Assembly: GCA_003484955.1 (NCBI GenBank)
Contig: DMZH01000003.1
Coordinates: 47,815-111,814 of the forward strand
Direction of reading: 5' to 3'
From: Candidatus Woesebacteria bacterium
Lineage (GTDB): Bacteria; Patescibacteriota; Microgenomatia; UBA8517
Length of the DNA: 64,000 nucleotides
The notes beneath the pieces were generated by a model. That model was given only the letters and a program-made list of their open reading frames with translations. It did no database searches and was not told the DNA's origin. Of this stretch, positions 28,395 through 38,785 are shown piece by piece (the first letter of the stretch is position 1; each line of letters starts with the position of its first letter). The position numbers were made by a program, and so were the translations under genes.

Positions 28395-28396
28395 TT

Positions 28397-29095
28397 TTAC
28401 TTTTCGGTCTGCGTTTTTTCTTGTCCGATAGCCCGTCCCACCAAATCCAGAATATATGTCAGGGCTTTGCTGGCGTCGTCATTCATTGGAATCGGATAAT
28501 CAATAAAGTCCGGATCTGCGTTGCTGTCTACTATTCCCACTACAGGAATTTTTCTTTCAGCTGCCTCACGGACTGCGGCTGATTCTCTCTTAGTATCAAT
28601 CACAAAAAGAACATCAGGAACACCGGTCAAGGATTTTATGCCACCGAAAAATTTTTCAAGGCGTACGATTTCACGGTCAATAAGAAGTTTTTCTTTTTTT
28701 GTGTACTTGTTATAGAAACCGGTCGCGAGATTTTCTTTCATCTCTTCCATCTTATCGATGGATCTTTTCATTTGACCAAAGTTGGAAACTGTTCCACCAA
28801 GCCATCTTTCATTAACATAAGGGATTCCAACTTTTTCCGCAACTTCTGCTACTTTATCTTTAATTTGTTTTTTAGTTCCAAGAATTAATATTTTCTTTCC
28901 TTCTTTGGCAGACTTTGCCAAAAACTCCAAAGCTTCTTCAATTAGGGGTTTAGTTTTTGTCAGATCAAAGATGTGGACACCTTCCTCTTGTCCATAAAGA
29001 TACTCCTCCATTTTGGGATTCCAACGTTTTGTTTGGTGCCCAAAATGGGCCCCCGCATCCATCAAATCTTCAAGTGAAATGTTTATTTTAGACAT
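28397..29095 (-). CDS. rpsB: 30S ribosomal protein S2
   Basis: AGAHFGH, RWLGG, PIPMNDD. Confidence 0.97.
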   Translation of the reverse strand: MSKINISLEDLMDAGAHFGHQTKRWNPKMEEYLYGQEEGVHIFDLTKTKPLIEEALEFLAKSAKEGKKILILGTKKQIKDKVAEVAEKVGIPYVNERWLGGTVSNFGQMKRSIDKMEEMKENLATGFYNKYTKKEKLLIDREIVRLEKFFGGIKSLTGVPDVLFVIDTKRESAAVREAAERKIPVVGIVDSNADPDFIDYPIPMNDDASKALTYILDLVGRAIGQEKTQTEK

Positions 29096-29099
29096 TTAA

Positions 29100-29178
29100 A
29101 ATCAAATTGCTTTCTTTTTCCGCCATCGATCGGAAGTTATCCAGAAAGCACGATCGATGTGTGACTCTCACCAGGGTC
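29100..29178 (-). promoter_or_regulatory. probable rpsB (S2) leader RNA
   Basis: CACAC then catcgatcg/cgatcgatg stem followed by GCGGA, directly upstream of rpsB. Confidence 0.6.
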
Positions 29179-29202
29179 AAATTATATATGAAGGGTGTTA
29201 AA

Positions 29203-29997
29203 TTAGCAAGCCAGAATCAGATTTTCCAACAGACAGGAAATCGTTACGGGACCTACTCCCCCGGGCACAGGTGTAATAAAGCTGGCTTTTGCCGATACTG
29301 ATGGATCAACGTCTCCATTTGGTGAACCCACATCTATAACAATAGCACCGTCTTTTATCATATCCGGCTTAATTAAGTGTGCAACCCCTGTTGCACTTAC
29401 GACAATTTCTGAAGTTTTGAGTTTTTCCGTCAGATTTTCCGTTTCGGTACTCACCTCGGCAACAGTGTAGTCCTCTTTCCTTAATTCTTTTACAAGGGGT
29501 GTTCCCACCATTCCGGTGGCACCAACAACACACACAGATTTTGGATTGGTTTTTAAAGATCTTTCAGCTTCTTTGAGAATATCAATAACGGCTTTTGACG
29601 TTGGATGTAAAAATTGACTGTCATATCTTAAACCATCGATGTCTTTGCCGGGATCAATCGCGCCAAGTATCTTTTCTTTAAATTCAGAAAGCGATTCCGG
29701 AAGCGGAAGTTGAATCATTATTCCGTTGAAATTATCGTCGCTATTTAACGACTCTATTAACTGTAAAATTTCGGAGAACTTAGAGTTTTCCGGCAAAAAA
29801 TATACGTCTATTTCCGCCCCTATTCTCTCGGCAGCCTTTTTCTTGAGATTTACATAAAGCTCGCTTGCGGGATTATCGCCAATCAAAATTGACGCCAATT
29901 TAGGATAAACCCCTCTTGCCTTAAGCCCCAAAACTCTGATGCCTAAAGAGAATTCTTTTTCCGCCGCAAAGGCTCTACCATCAAAAATTATTGCCAT
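29203..29997 (-). CDS. folD: methylenetetrahydrofolate dehydrogenase/cyclohydrolase
   Basis: GIMIQLPLP, KDIDG, VIDVG, TPVPGGVGP. Confidence 0.95.
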   Translation of the reverse strand: MAIIFDGRAFAAEKEFSLGIRVLGLKARGVYPKLASILIGDNPASELYVNLKKKAAERIGAEIDVYFLPENSKFSEILQLIESLNSDDNFNGIMIQLPLPESLSEFKEKILGAIDPGKDIDGLRYDSQFLHPTSKAVIDILKEAERSLKTNPKSVCVVGATGMVGTPLVKELRKEDYTVAEVSTETENLTEKLKTSEIVVSATGVAHLIKPDMIKDGAIVIDVGSPNGDVDPSVSAKASFITPVPGGVGPVTISCLLENLILAC

Positions 29998-30052
29998 AAC
30001 CTGTATTATATTACATTCTGAGGCTAAGTGCAGACAGGAAAGGATCACCTTC

Positions 30053-31354
30053 TTAGGGCATGGGGAATTTTTTACATAAGTCCCTGACCTCGGAAGCGAT
30101 ATTTTTTAAGAACTCATCATTGGCAACTTTAATTCTAAAAGATTTAATATATTCTCCTCTTTTTTCTTTTACCTCGGGTAGTTTTTCATCTTTAACATGA
30201 TCAAGAACTTTTAAAATCCAGCCGGCAATAATTTTCATTTCAGGTTCGGTCATTCCGCGGGTTGTAATACCGGGAGTACCGAGTCTGATACCGGATGGAT
30301 AAAACGGAGGCGCCGAGTCATTTGGAACTGAGTTTCTGTTAACAATAATTCCTGCTGCTTCCAGCACTTCAGCGGCAATATTGCCGGATAGTCCAATCGG
30401 CCTCAGATCGACAACCATTAAATGACACTCGGTTCCTCCTGTTACCAATGTAAGTCCCCCATTTTTAAGTTCTTCTGCCAGGTATCTGGCATTAATAACA
30501 ATTTGTTTTCCATATTTCTTAAAGTCCCCAGAATCGGCCTCGATTAAGGCCTGTGCAATACCGGCGGTTGTGCCATTGTGAGGTCCACCCTGAAGCCCTG
30601 GAAAAACCGCTTTATCTATTTTGGAGGCTGTTTCAGGATCTTTTTCGATTCCTTTCTTGGTAACCATAATCATTGCCCCTCTCGGACCCCTTAGTGTTTT
30701 ATGCGTCGTGGTTGTGACAATATGGGTAAACGGAACCGGAGAAGGATATTCTCCTGCCAAAACTAAACCTGAAACGTGAGAGATGTCTGCCACCAGCCAT
30801 GATCCGACCAAATCGGCAATTTCTCCCAGCTTCTTCCAGTCAAGAATTAAAGGATATGCAGTCGTACCGATTATCATAAGTGCCGGTTTTTCCTTTCGAG
30901 CCAGATTTTCAACCTCGTTATAATCAATAATTCCATCGTCTTTAGTCCCAAACTGAACCGATTTATAAAATCTTCCAGAAAAAGTTATATCCGGATGTCC
31001 ATGGGTCAGATGCCCACCTGAAGAAAGTTTAAGTCCCATTATTGTGTCACCCGGATTAAGTAGCGCAAAAAGAACTTCAGCGTTTGCGGGAGAACCGGAA
31101 TATGGTTGGACATTTACGTGTTCAACTTTAAAAAGTTCCTTTGCTTTATCGATTGCAAACGTCTCGATCTCGTCGATAATTTTATTGCCTTGATAATAGC
31201 GCCTGCCGGAGTAGCCCTCGGAATATTTGTTCATAAGGACAGACCCAACAGCTTCGCGGACCTCTTTTGAGGCATAATTTTCCGACGGGATCAACATCAG
31301 GGTCTCCTCCTGACGCTTCTGCTCTTCTTTAATTAAATCGGAGATTATAACCAT
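30053..31354 (-). CDS. glyA: serine hydroxymethyltransferase
   Basis: LIPSENY, NKYSEGY, TTTHKTLRGPRG, FPGLQGGP. Confidence 0.97.
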   Translation of the reverse strand: MVIISDLIKEEQKRQEETLMLIPSENYASKEVREAVGSVLMNKYSEGYSGRRYYQGNKIIDEIETFAIDKAKELFKVEHVNVQPYSGSPANAEVLFALLNPGDTIMGLKLSSGGHLTHGHPDITFSGRFYKSVQFGTKDDGIIDYNEVENLARKEKPALMIIGTTAYPLILDWKKLGEIADLVGSWLVADISHVSGLVLAGEYPSPVPFTHIVTTTTHKTLRGPRGAMIMVTKKGIEKDPETASKIDKAVFPGLQGGPHNGTTAGIAQALIEADSGDFKKYGKQIVINARYLAEELKNGGLTLVTGGTECHLMVVDLRPIGLSGNIAAEVLEAAGIIVNRNSVPNDSAPPFYPSGIRLGTPGITTRGMTEPEMKIIAGWILKVLDHVKDEKLPEVKEKRGEYIKSFRIKVANDEFLKNIASEVRDLCKKFPMP

Positions 31355-31363
31355 ATCTAACTA

Positions 31364-32017
31364 TTATAGACGTTCAAGCTTTCTTTCGAAAATCTCTTCA
31401 AGGACTTTGGCGACAGATTCAGCTACTACCTCAGGTTTGGCCTCACCGTCTACAATATACCACTTAAGACCTCCCCATCCTGTTTTGACCATTTCTCTGT
31501 ACCCTGCTATAAGTCGGTCAAAATATTCCGAAGATTCTTTATCAAACGGGTCGCCATTTACGTTTTTACCACGCCTCTCAATGGAGGTTTCCTTCGAAAT
31601 ATCAAGAAGTATTATGGCATCGGGTTTATAATCTCCCAAAATTACATCGGCAATTGCCAGAATTTGTTTTTGATCTCCACTTTCCGCATAACCTTGATAA
31701 GCCCCTGTTGATGTGTGACATCTATCCGTTAAAACGTTCGCTCCTTTGTCTAAGTTTGGTACAACTACACCGTCGACCCAAAGCTTTCGTGCCGCAAAAA
31801 AAAGAACCATTTGTCCCTCCGCCTTTATAAGTTTCTTATCTCTGAGAGTAAAAATTAATTCTCTGATTTTCTCCGCCGGTTCAATTCCACCCGGTTCCCT
31901 CGTGTAGATTGCCTTAATCCCGTTTCTGTCGAGGAGATCTTTTGCAAGTTCTATCTGGGTTCCTTTACCGCTTCCTCCGATTCCTTCAAAAACAATAAAT
32001 TTTCCTCTTTCTTTCAT
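31364..32017 (-). CDS. tmk: thymidylate kinase
   Basis: FEGIGGSGKGTQ, TREPGG, LTDR, AYQG. Confidence 0.93.
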   Translation of the reverse strand: MKERGKFIVFEGIGGSGKGTQIELAKDLLDRNGIKAIYTREPGGIEPAEKIRELIFTLRDKKLIKAEGQMVLFFAARKLWVDGVVVPNLDKGANVLTDRCHTSTGAYQGYAESGDQKQILAIADVILGDYKPDAIILLDISKETSIERRGKNVNGDPFDKESSEYFDRLIAGYREMVKTGWGGLKWYIVDGEAKPEVVAESVAKVLEEIFERKLERL

Positions 32018-32781
32018 CTTCTTAATCTTGATACATCACCACCACTTCCGGGAAAAATATCGTAGTTTTCTACCACAAGCGCTGGCTTAATTTTGGGTAA
32101 AACAAACTTTCCGTTTGTCCCAAATTCGCGACAAATATGGCTCTCAACCCTGTCAGCCAACTGTTCAACATTACCGGATGATCCCCCGGCTGATGTGTTG
32201 GCAATAAATTTATAGGAGTTGTTCTCTCCCTTCATTCCCCATTCATGCACTGATTCTGACAATCTTTCCAAGTATTCCGGATAATTTTTTAAGATCCCCA
32301 TCTCATAATTTCTTCCCCTATCAATTATTCTTTGTTTTAGTTCTTCCTGATCTGCGGCAACAACAATATGCATATCGGGATAAACCAAACTATCTTTAGT
32401 TGTGATTGTAAAAAAAATGTTTTGATATAAATTCCACTCGTTTTCATTCATCCAGCCCATTTTGAAATGAGTTTTGGCATAAATAAAATCCATATTTAAT
32501 TCCGGGTCAATTAGGGAAACTTTGCTTCTATCAATACTTTTAAGTTGTTCAACTTTTGAAGATAAAAAGAACACCTGAGATTTGAAGCTGTATTCTTTGG
32601 GGTCCTTGTAAAACTTTTCCAAAAACGGATTGGCGGGGTAGTTTTCTTCAATTGGCTCAATTCCCCATCTCCGAGCGAGTTCTTCAGAGAGAGTGGTCTT
32701 TCCACTGGCAAGGCATCCAACCAGTCCGATGACCAAGGGCTTTTTTTCCAATGTTTCTTTCCCTTCAATACTTTCTACCAT
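32014..32781 (-). CDS. deoxynucleoside kinase
   Basis: GCLASGKTT, NPFLEKFYKDP, SQVFFL, RGRNYE. Confidence 0.88.
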   Translation of the reverse strand: MVESIEGKETLEKKPLVIGLVGCLASGKTTLSEELARRWGIEPIEENYPANPFLEKFYKDPKEYSFKSQVFFLSSKVEQLKSIDRSKVSLIDPELNMDFIYAKTHFKMGWMNENEWNLYQNIFFTITTKDSLVYPDMHIVVAADQEELKQRIIDRGRNYEMGILKNYPEYLERLSESVHEWGMKGENNSYKFIANTSAGGSSGNVEQLADRVESHICREFGTNGKFVLPKIKPALVVENYDIFPGSGGDVSRLRR

Positions 32782-32838
32782 TTAATTAATCCCTTTACCC
32801 CTTTTCATCTTGTTCTTTATATTTTATTATCCTAATTA

Positions 32839-33783
32839 ATGTCAACTGGTAAAGTCTCCAAAAATAATGCCGACAGGGAGTATCAAACTCTTCTTAAAGA
32901 TATTCTAAAAAATGGGGTTAAAAGCAGCGACAGGACCGGAACCGGAACAAAAAAAGTTTTCGGTAGAATGCTTAAATTTGATCTCTCCGAAGGTTTTCCC
33001 CTTCTCACCACAAAAAAGGTCTGGTTCCACGGAGTTAAAGAAGAGCTTCTCTGGTTTATAAGGGGTGAGCGGAATTTACGGCCTCTTGTTTTAACTGGTG
33101 TAAACATCTGGAATGAATGGCCATATCAAAGATATTTGGTTGCCAATAAATTGGATAAAAAATATCCAAAATATACGCCAATCTGGGAAGGGAAAATGAA
33201 AGAGTTTATTGAAAAAATTGAAGCTGATGAAAAATTTGCGAATAAGTACGGAGATCTCGGTCCGGTTTACGGATATAAATGGCGAAACTGGAAAGGTGCA
33301 AATGGCAAGGGTGTAGACCAGCTCGCAGCTGCTGTTAAAGATATCAAAGAAAATCCAAATTCTAGAAGAATAATTGTAACAGCTTGGGACCCCTCGGTCC
33401 TTTCCGAAGTGGCCCTGCCCCCTTGTCATATGGAATTCCAATTCCAAGTGGTCGGTAAGAAACTAAATTGCTTCATGGTCCAGAGATCGGTGGACACATT
33501 TCTGGGGCTACCTTTTAATATCGCCTCATATGCGCTTTTAACCCATATTGTTGCCAGGGTAACTGGGAAAGTGCCGGGAATATTAACCATGGCTCTTGCT
33601 GACACCCATATTTACTTAAACCACATAAAACAAGCAAAGGAACAAACCACAAGGAAACCTAGGCCTCTCCCTAAACTAAGAATCAGCTCCAAACTTAAGA
33701 ATGTTGATCACATTGAATCGGACTGGATAAAGGTTGTGGGCTACGATCCGCACCCCGCAATTGCCGCACCCATATCCGTATAA
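32839..33783 (+). CDS. thyA: thymidylate synthase
   Basis: DRTGTGT, FPLLTTKK, ALPPCH, QRSVDTFLGLPFN. Confidence 0.97.
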   Translation: MSTGKVSKNNADREYQTLLKDILKNGVKSSDRTGTGTKKVFGRMLKFDLSEGFPLLTTKKVWFHGVKEELLWFIRGERNLRPLVLTGVNIWNEWPYQRYLVANKLDKKYPKYTPIWEGKMKEFIEKIEADEKFANKYGDLGPVYGYKWRNWKGANGKGVDQLAAAVKDIKENPNSRRIIVTAWDPSVLSEVALPPCHMEFQFQVVGKKLNCFMVQRSVDTFLGLPFNIASYALLTHIVARVTGKVPGILTMALADTHIYLNHIKQAKEQTTRKPRPLPKLRISSKLKNVDHIESDWIKVVGYDPHPAIAAPISV

Positions 33784-33791
33784 AATATATT

Positions 33792-34274
33792 ATGAAAATT
33801 TCAATAATTGTAGCGGTCGCCCAAAACAATGTGATAGGAGGAAAAGGAAAGCTTCTCTGGCATATTTCTGATGACCTGAAACATTTTAAAGAAGTTACCA
33901 TGGGGCATCATATTTTGATGGGTAAGACAACTTACGAATCAATCGGACGTATTCTCCCGGGAAGGACAAGTTTGATTTTATCCCATGACAAGAATCTCAA
34001 AGTCCCCGACGGATATGTTTTTGAAAATGAGAAAGAAGCAATCGATTTCGCGGAAAAAAATGGTGAGAATGAATTAATGATAATTGGTGGCGAAAGTATC
34101 TATAAATTGTTTTTTTCAAAAGCAGACAAGATCTATTTAACCAAAGTTCTGAAAGAGTTCGATGGAGATGTGACTTTTCCGGAAATTAATATGGAAGAGT
34201 GGCGTCAAACCAAAAAAGAACCTCACCCAGACGAAAACCCTCCTTTTGAATTTATCGAACTGGAAAGAAAATAA
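33792..34274 (+). CDS. folA: dihydrofolate reductase
   Basis: LWHISDDLKHFK, MGKTTYESIG, IIGGESIY. Confidence 0.96.
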   Translation: MKISIIVAVAQNNVIGGKGKLLWHISDDLKHFKEVTMGHHILMGKTTYESIGRILPGRTSLILSHDKNLKVPDGYVFENEKEAIDFAEKNGENELMIIGGESIYKLFFSKADKIYLTKVLKEFDGDVTFPEINMEEWRQTKKEPHPDENPPFEFIELERK

Positions 34275-34275
34275 T

Positions 34276-34632
34276 CTATCTATTGTCGCCGTCTCCGTGA
34301 ATTTTTCCTCGTATTTTTCTTGAGGCGAGTTTTTTTAAGTTTCCCTTGGCAACGTCTGAAAATTTTATTCCGAGTTCCTTGGAAAGCTGGGCCAAATACC
34401 AAAGAACATCCCCCAACTCTTTTGCAATTTCCTCTTTTCTTTCCTTAGTTAATTTTCCCCCATCATCCCTGAAAAGTTTTTTGATTTTTTCCGAAACCTC
34501 ACCTGTCTCTCCTTGTAAACCCAGAAGCGGATAAACAAATTTTTCTCCGATTTTAGGATAGACTGCAGTTTTTCCACATTCCTTTTGGTACTTATCAAAG
34601 TCCGAGAATCCCATTGCAAAAGATTTTAGCAT
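34276..34632 (-). CDS. MazG-like nucleotide pyrophosphohydrolase
   Basis: GLQGETGEVSEKIKK, ELGDVLWY. Confidence 0.9.
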   Translation of the reverse strand: MLKSFAMGFSDFDKYQKECGKTAVYPKIGEKFVYPLLGLQGETGEVSEKIKKLFRDDGGKLTKERKEEIAKELGDVLWYLAQLSKELGIKFSDVAKGNLKKLASRKIRGKIHGDGDNR

Positions 34633-34650
34633 AATATATTAATATACAGA

Positions 34651-35202
34651 ATGTTAATTATCGGTATTACGGGAACTCTCGGTGCAGGTAAAGGAACTGT
34701 GGTTGACTTTTTAGTAGCCAGTAGAAACTTCAAACACTACTCCGTGTCGGAATATTTAACCGGGGAATTAATTAAACAAGGCAGAACTGTTGACAGAAAC
34801 GGTATGAGGGAAATTGCCAATGAAATAAGAACCAAACACGGACCTGATTTTATTGTTAAAAAACTTTTTGAAAAAGCAAAAAAAGAAAGTACGAACGCAA
34901 TTATAGAAAGTATCAGAAATCCTAAAGAAGCGGAATTTATTAAAAATAATGGTGGCCACCTTTTTGCGGTTGATGCTGATCAAATGACAAGATATAAAAG
35001 AATAAAATCCCGGAGTTCCGAAAAAGACAATGTCACGTTCGAAGAATTTAAACTGCAGGAGGAAAAAGAAAAACAATCGCGTGATCCAAATGCTCAAAAT
35101 TTATCAAAGTGTATATTGATTGCCGACTATAAATTTGATAACAATGACAGCATCGAAGATCTGTATGACAAAGTCGAAAAAACCGTCAACAAAATCAATT
35201 AA
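34651..35202 (+). CDS. P-loop nucleoside/nucleotide kinase (dephospho-CoA kinase-like)
   Basis: IGITGTLGAGKGT, IESIRNPKE. Confidence 0.8.
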   Translation: MLIIGITGTLGAGKGTVVDFLVASRNFKHYSVSEYLTGELIKQGRTVDRNGMREIANEIRTKHGPDFIVKKLFEKAKKESTNAIIESIRNPKEAEFIKNNGGHLFAVDADQMTRYKRIKSRSSEKDNVTFEEFKLQEEKEKQSRDPNAQNLSKCILIADYKFDNNDSIEDLYDKVEKTVNKIN

Positions 35203-35692
35203 AGAAAAATATACCCGTCCGACTTGGGATGATTATTTCATGGAGGTTGCAGATGCCGTTTCCAAAAGAGCTACGTGCGACCGGGGTAGAAGTGGATGTG
35301 TTATAGCCAAAGACAAACAAATTTTGGCAACAGGCTACGTCGGTTCCCCGATAGGCTTTCCCCACTGTGACGAAGCCGGACATGACCTTAGACGCGCTTT
35401 TAATGAAGACGGCACTGTCTCAAACCATTGTGTCAGGACGGTTCACGCGGAGCAAAATGCAATCTGCCAAGCAGCTAAGCGCGGTGTTGCAATAGACGGA
35501 GCAACCGTATATTGCAGAATGACCCCATGCCGAATTTGTGCAATGCTTTTAATTAACTCCGGAATAAAAAGAATCTATGCTGAAAGAAAATATCACACAG
35601 GTAGTGAATCAGAAAAAATGTTTAGAAAAGCCGGTATTAAATTAGAATATAAATTCAAAGAGATAGTTAAATATAAAAATCAAAAAGGTTAA
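35165..35692 (+). CDS. dCMP deaminase (ComEB-like)
   Basis: RPTWDDYFM, HAEQNAI, PCRIC. Confidence 0.92.
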   Translation: MTKSKKPSTKSIKEKYTRPTWDDYFMEVADAVSKRATCDRGRSGCVIAKDKQILATGYVGSPIGFPHCDEAGHDLRRAFNEDGTVSNHCVRTVHAEQNAICQAAKRGVAIDGATVYCRMTPCRICAMLLINSGIKRIYAERKYHTGSESEKMFRKAGIKLEYKFKEIVKYKNQKG

Positions 35693-37653
35693 TTTGAAGG
35701 TTCTTCTTTTTTAGGGCTTCTCCAAGAAGCATATTTACACTCCGGATACCTTGAGCAGCCAAAGAATTTTCTGCCTTTTGAAGTTTTCTTAACAATAACG
35801 TCTCCGATTTTACACTCCGGACACTTTACACCGACTTTTTCCAAATATTTTTCTGTGTATTTACAGTCGGGAAATCTGGAACAGGATATGAATTTTCCAA
35901 ACCTACCGATACGGATAACCAGCTCTCCCTCCTTACATTCGGGGCATTTTTTACCAAGTTTTTCCGTTTCTATTTTTACCCTTTCGGCTTTTTTATCAAC
36001 TATTCCAATTTTACTTGCAAAGGGTTTGTAAAAATCTTTAATTATTCCGGTCCATTTGGCCTCTCCGTTAGCCACTTTATCAAGACTGTCTTCCATTCCG
36101 GCAGTGAATTCATATTCAAAAATATCCGTAAAATTTTTAACCAAAAAGTCGGTTACCGCCTCTCCGATTGAGGTCGGAAAAAACTTACCTTCGGTCTTTT
36201 CGACATAATTTCTGATCTGTATTGTAGAAATGGTAGGTGCATAAGTCGAAGGCCTGCCAATTCCCAATTTTTCCAAAGTTTTAATAAGAGAGGCCTCGTT
36301 ATATCTCGCCGGAGGTTGTGTAAACTTCTGTTCACCCCAGGTCTTTATATGATCCAATTTTTCATCTTTTGAAACCTCCGGTAATTTAACAACACTGTCA
36401 ACTTCAAGTTTTGCCGGAATTACTTTTCTCCAACCGTCAAATTTCATTATTTGCCCACCCGCGCGCAACAAATAATTTCCGGGTGCAGCCGCAACATCGA
36501 TAACTGTCTCGTCATAAAGACTCGGGTTCATTTGGCAAGCAATAAAGCGGGACCAAATAAGTTTATAAAGAGTCTCTTCATCGTGACCCCATTTGTCATC
36601 CGCAATTTGCAACTTGGAATTTATATTTGTTGGCCTTATGGCTTCGTGTGCCTCCTGGGCAACTTTTGATTGAGTTTTGTAGGCCCTGGGGGTATCCGGC
36701 AAATAATTCCGGCCAAATTCTTTTTCGATATATTTTCGGACAGTATCCACCGCCTGACTTGAAAGATTAAAGGAGTCCGTCCTGTGGTATGTAATCAGTC
36801 CCTCTTCATAAAGTTTCTGGGCTATCGACATTGTTCTTTTGGAAGACCAACCAAAAATACGGGAAGCTGCCTGAGTCATTGTGGAAGTCGTAAACGGTGG
36901 GTATGGATTTTTGGAAACTTCCTTTTTTCTTACATCAAAAACCGTGTATTTCGCCTTTTCCAAATCCGAAACGATTCCATCGGCATCCTTTTTATTTTTA
37001 ACTTCAGCAGTTTTCTCATTTATTTTGACCAGCTCGATATCAAAATCTTTTATTTCTTGCCTTTCGCCTTTCACCTTTGAATAGATTTCCCAATATTCTT
37101 CCGACTTAAAAGCTTTGATTTCCCGCTCTTTCTCCACAATAAGCTTAACTGCAACAGACTGCACACGTCCGGCCGAAAGACCCCGTCTTATTTTTTTCCA
37201 AAGTAGCGGTGAAAGTTTATACCCCACAAGCCGATCCAATACTCTTCTTGCGATTTGTGCATCAACCAGATTTTTATCAACTTCTCTAGGGTTTTGAATC
37301 GCCTTCTCAACCGCTTCTTTTGTGATTTCATGAAAAACAATGCGTTTTATCTTGGAGTCTGCATTTAAAATCTCGGCAACATGCTCCGCAATAGCTTCTC
37401 CTTCACGATCAGGGTCAGTTGCCAAATAAACAATTTTTGCTTTTTTTCCTTCGGTTTTGAGATTCTTGATAATATCTTTTTTCTTTGGAATATCAGCAAA
37501 GTCCGGTTTAAAATTATTTTCTACTTCTATTCCAAGTTTGCTTTTTGGTAAGTCTTTAATATGTCCCGCGGTTGCCTCAACAACATATGATCCACCCAAA
37601 AAACGGCCTAGGGTTCTGGCTTTTGTTGGTGACTCAACTATTATCAATTCCAT
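35689..37653 (-). CDS. topA: DNA topoisomerase I
   Basis: IVESPTKA, DPDREGE, SAGRVQS, ITYHRTDS, C-terminal zinc ribbons. Confidence 0.97.
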   Translation of the reverse strand: MELIIVESPTKARTLGRFLGGSYVVEATAGHIKDLPKSKLGIEVENNFKPDFADIPKKKDIIKNLKTEGKKAKIVYLATDPDREGEAIAEHVAEILNADSKIKRIVFHEITKEAVEKAIQNPREVDKNLVDAQIARRVLDRLVGYKLSPLLWKKIRRGLSAGRVQSVAVKLIVEKEREIKAFKSEEYWEIYSKVKGERQEIKDFDIELVKINEKTAEVKNKKDADGIVSDLEKAKYTVFDVRKKEVSKNPYPPFTTSTMTQAASRIFGWSSKRTMSIAQKLYEEGLITYHRTDSFNLSSQAVDTVRKYIEKEFGRNYLPDTPRAYKTQSKVAQEAHEAIRPTNINSKLQIADDKWGHDEETLYKLIWSRFIACQMNPSLYDETVIDVAAAPGNYLLRAGGQIMKFDGWRKVIPAKLEVDSVVKLPEVSKDEKLDHIKTWGEQKFTQPPARYNEASLIKTLEKLGIGRPSTYAPTISTIQIRNYVEKTEGKFFPTSIGEAVTDFLVKNFTDIFEYEFTAGMEDSLDKVANGEAKWTGIIKDFYKPFASKIGIVDKKAERVKIETEKLGKKCPECKEGELVIRIGRFGKFISCSRFPDCKYTEKYLEKVGVKCPECKIGDVIVKKTSKGRKFFGCSRYPECKYASWRSPKKEEPSN

Positions 37654-37672
37654 AATTTATAATGCTTTAGGT

Positions 37673-38747
37673 TTACAAGCTTCGCTTATATTCCCCGCCT
37701 CCTAAACTCCTGACTTGTCCTTTCATTTCCATGATAGTCAGTCTAGCAGAAATCTCGGAGGTTTGGATACCTGTTATTCTAACAAGCTCGTCAAGGTGCA
37801 GGGTTTCGTTTTCCAAAAGTTCTATAAGTTTAGTCCCTTCAAGTATACCCGGCCCAACTTTTTTCATTAGCTCTAACCTCCATATCAAGTTCGTCTAAAA
37901 TATCCCGAGTTTCGGTCGCCATTCTCGCTCCGTTTTTCAGGAGATAAAACGGGGCTTTCGAAAGGGGTGATGTAATTGGTCCCGGAACCGCAAACACGGT
38001 TTTACCTTGTTCGGCTGCGTGAGATGCTGTTAAAAGTGTTCCGCTTTTTTCCGCCCCTTCAATTACGAGGACACATGTCGCAAGTCCAGAAACAATTCTG
38101 TTTCTGATAGCAAAATTAGCAGGGAGTACGGGGTAGCCAAGCGGATACTCACTAATAACTGCACCGCCTTTTTGAATGATTTCCTCCGCCAGAGTTTTAT
38201 TTTCGGGAGGATAGACACTGTCCAAACCGTTTCCCAATACTGCAATCGTAATACCACCCGCTAAAAGAGATGCTTTATGCGCCGTTGTATCAACTCCTCT
38301 GGCAAGACCGGAAATTATAGTTACACCGAATGAGGACAGCTCTGAAGAAAACTTTTCAGTGACTTCCTTTCCATAAGAAGTCATCCTCCTTGTCCCTACA
38401 ATTGCAACCGAATTTGTTTTCAAACCGTTGAGTGATCCGCGGTAATACAAGACAACGGGCGCTCCGTCCAAGATTTTAAAAATCTCGGGAAATTTATTAT
38501 CCAAAAATGTCGTAACTTTTATATTTAACTTTGTTAACCTTTCAAAATAAGATTCGATATTAAAATTTTTCCGAAAATTTAAAAACTCTATTGTTTTCTT
38601 TTCAGGTAAACCGACTTCGGCAAGCTCTCTCAAAGTGCTTTCCCATACTTTTTTGGGGCTCTTAAAATATGAGGTCAAAAGTCTCACCCTGGCAGGTCCA
38701 AAATAAGTAAATGCACAAATTGCGGTTAGATATTCACTTTCTGTCAC
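37673..38747 (-). pseudogene. dprA: DNA-processing protein DprA, frameshifted before the C-terminal winged-helix domain
   Basis: AIVGTR, SGLARGVD, RNRIVSG in 37839-38747; wHTH tail (LHLDEL, LTIMEMKG) continues in the +1 frame after an A6 run at 37859-37864. Confidence 0.85.
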
Positions 38748-38785
38748 AATACCAGATTAGAACCAAATACTTTCTAAGAAAAGGG

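Noticed and set aside
37859-37865. A_AAA_AAG programmed -1 frameshift in dprA
   Set aside because: The heptamer is not in the required frame and the downstream domain lies in the +1 frame
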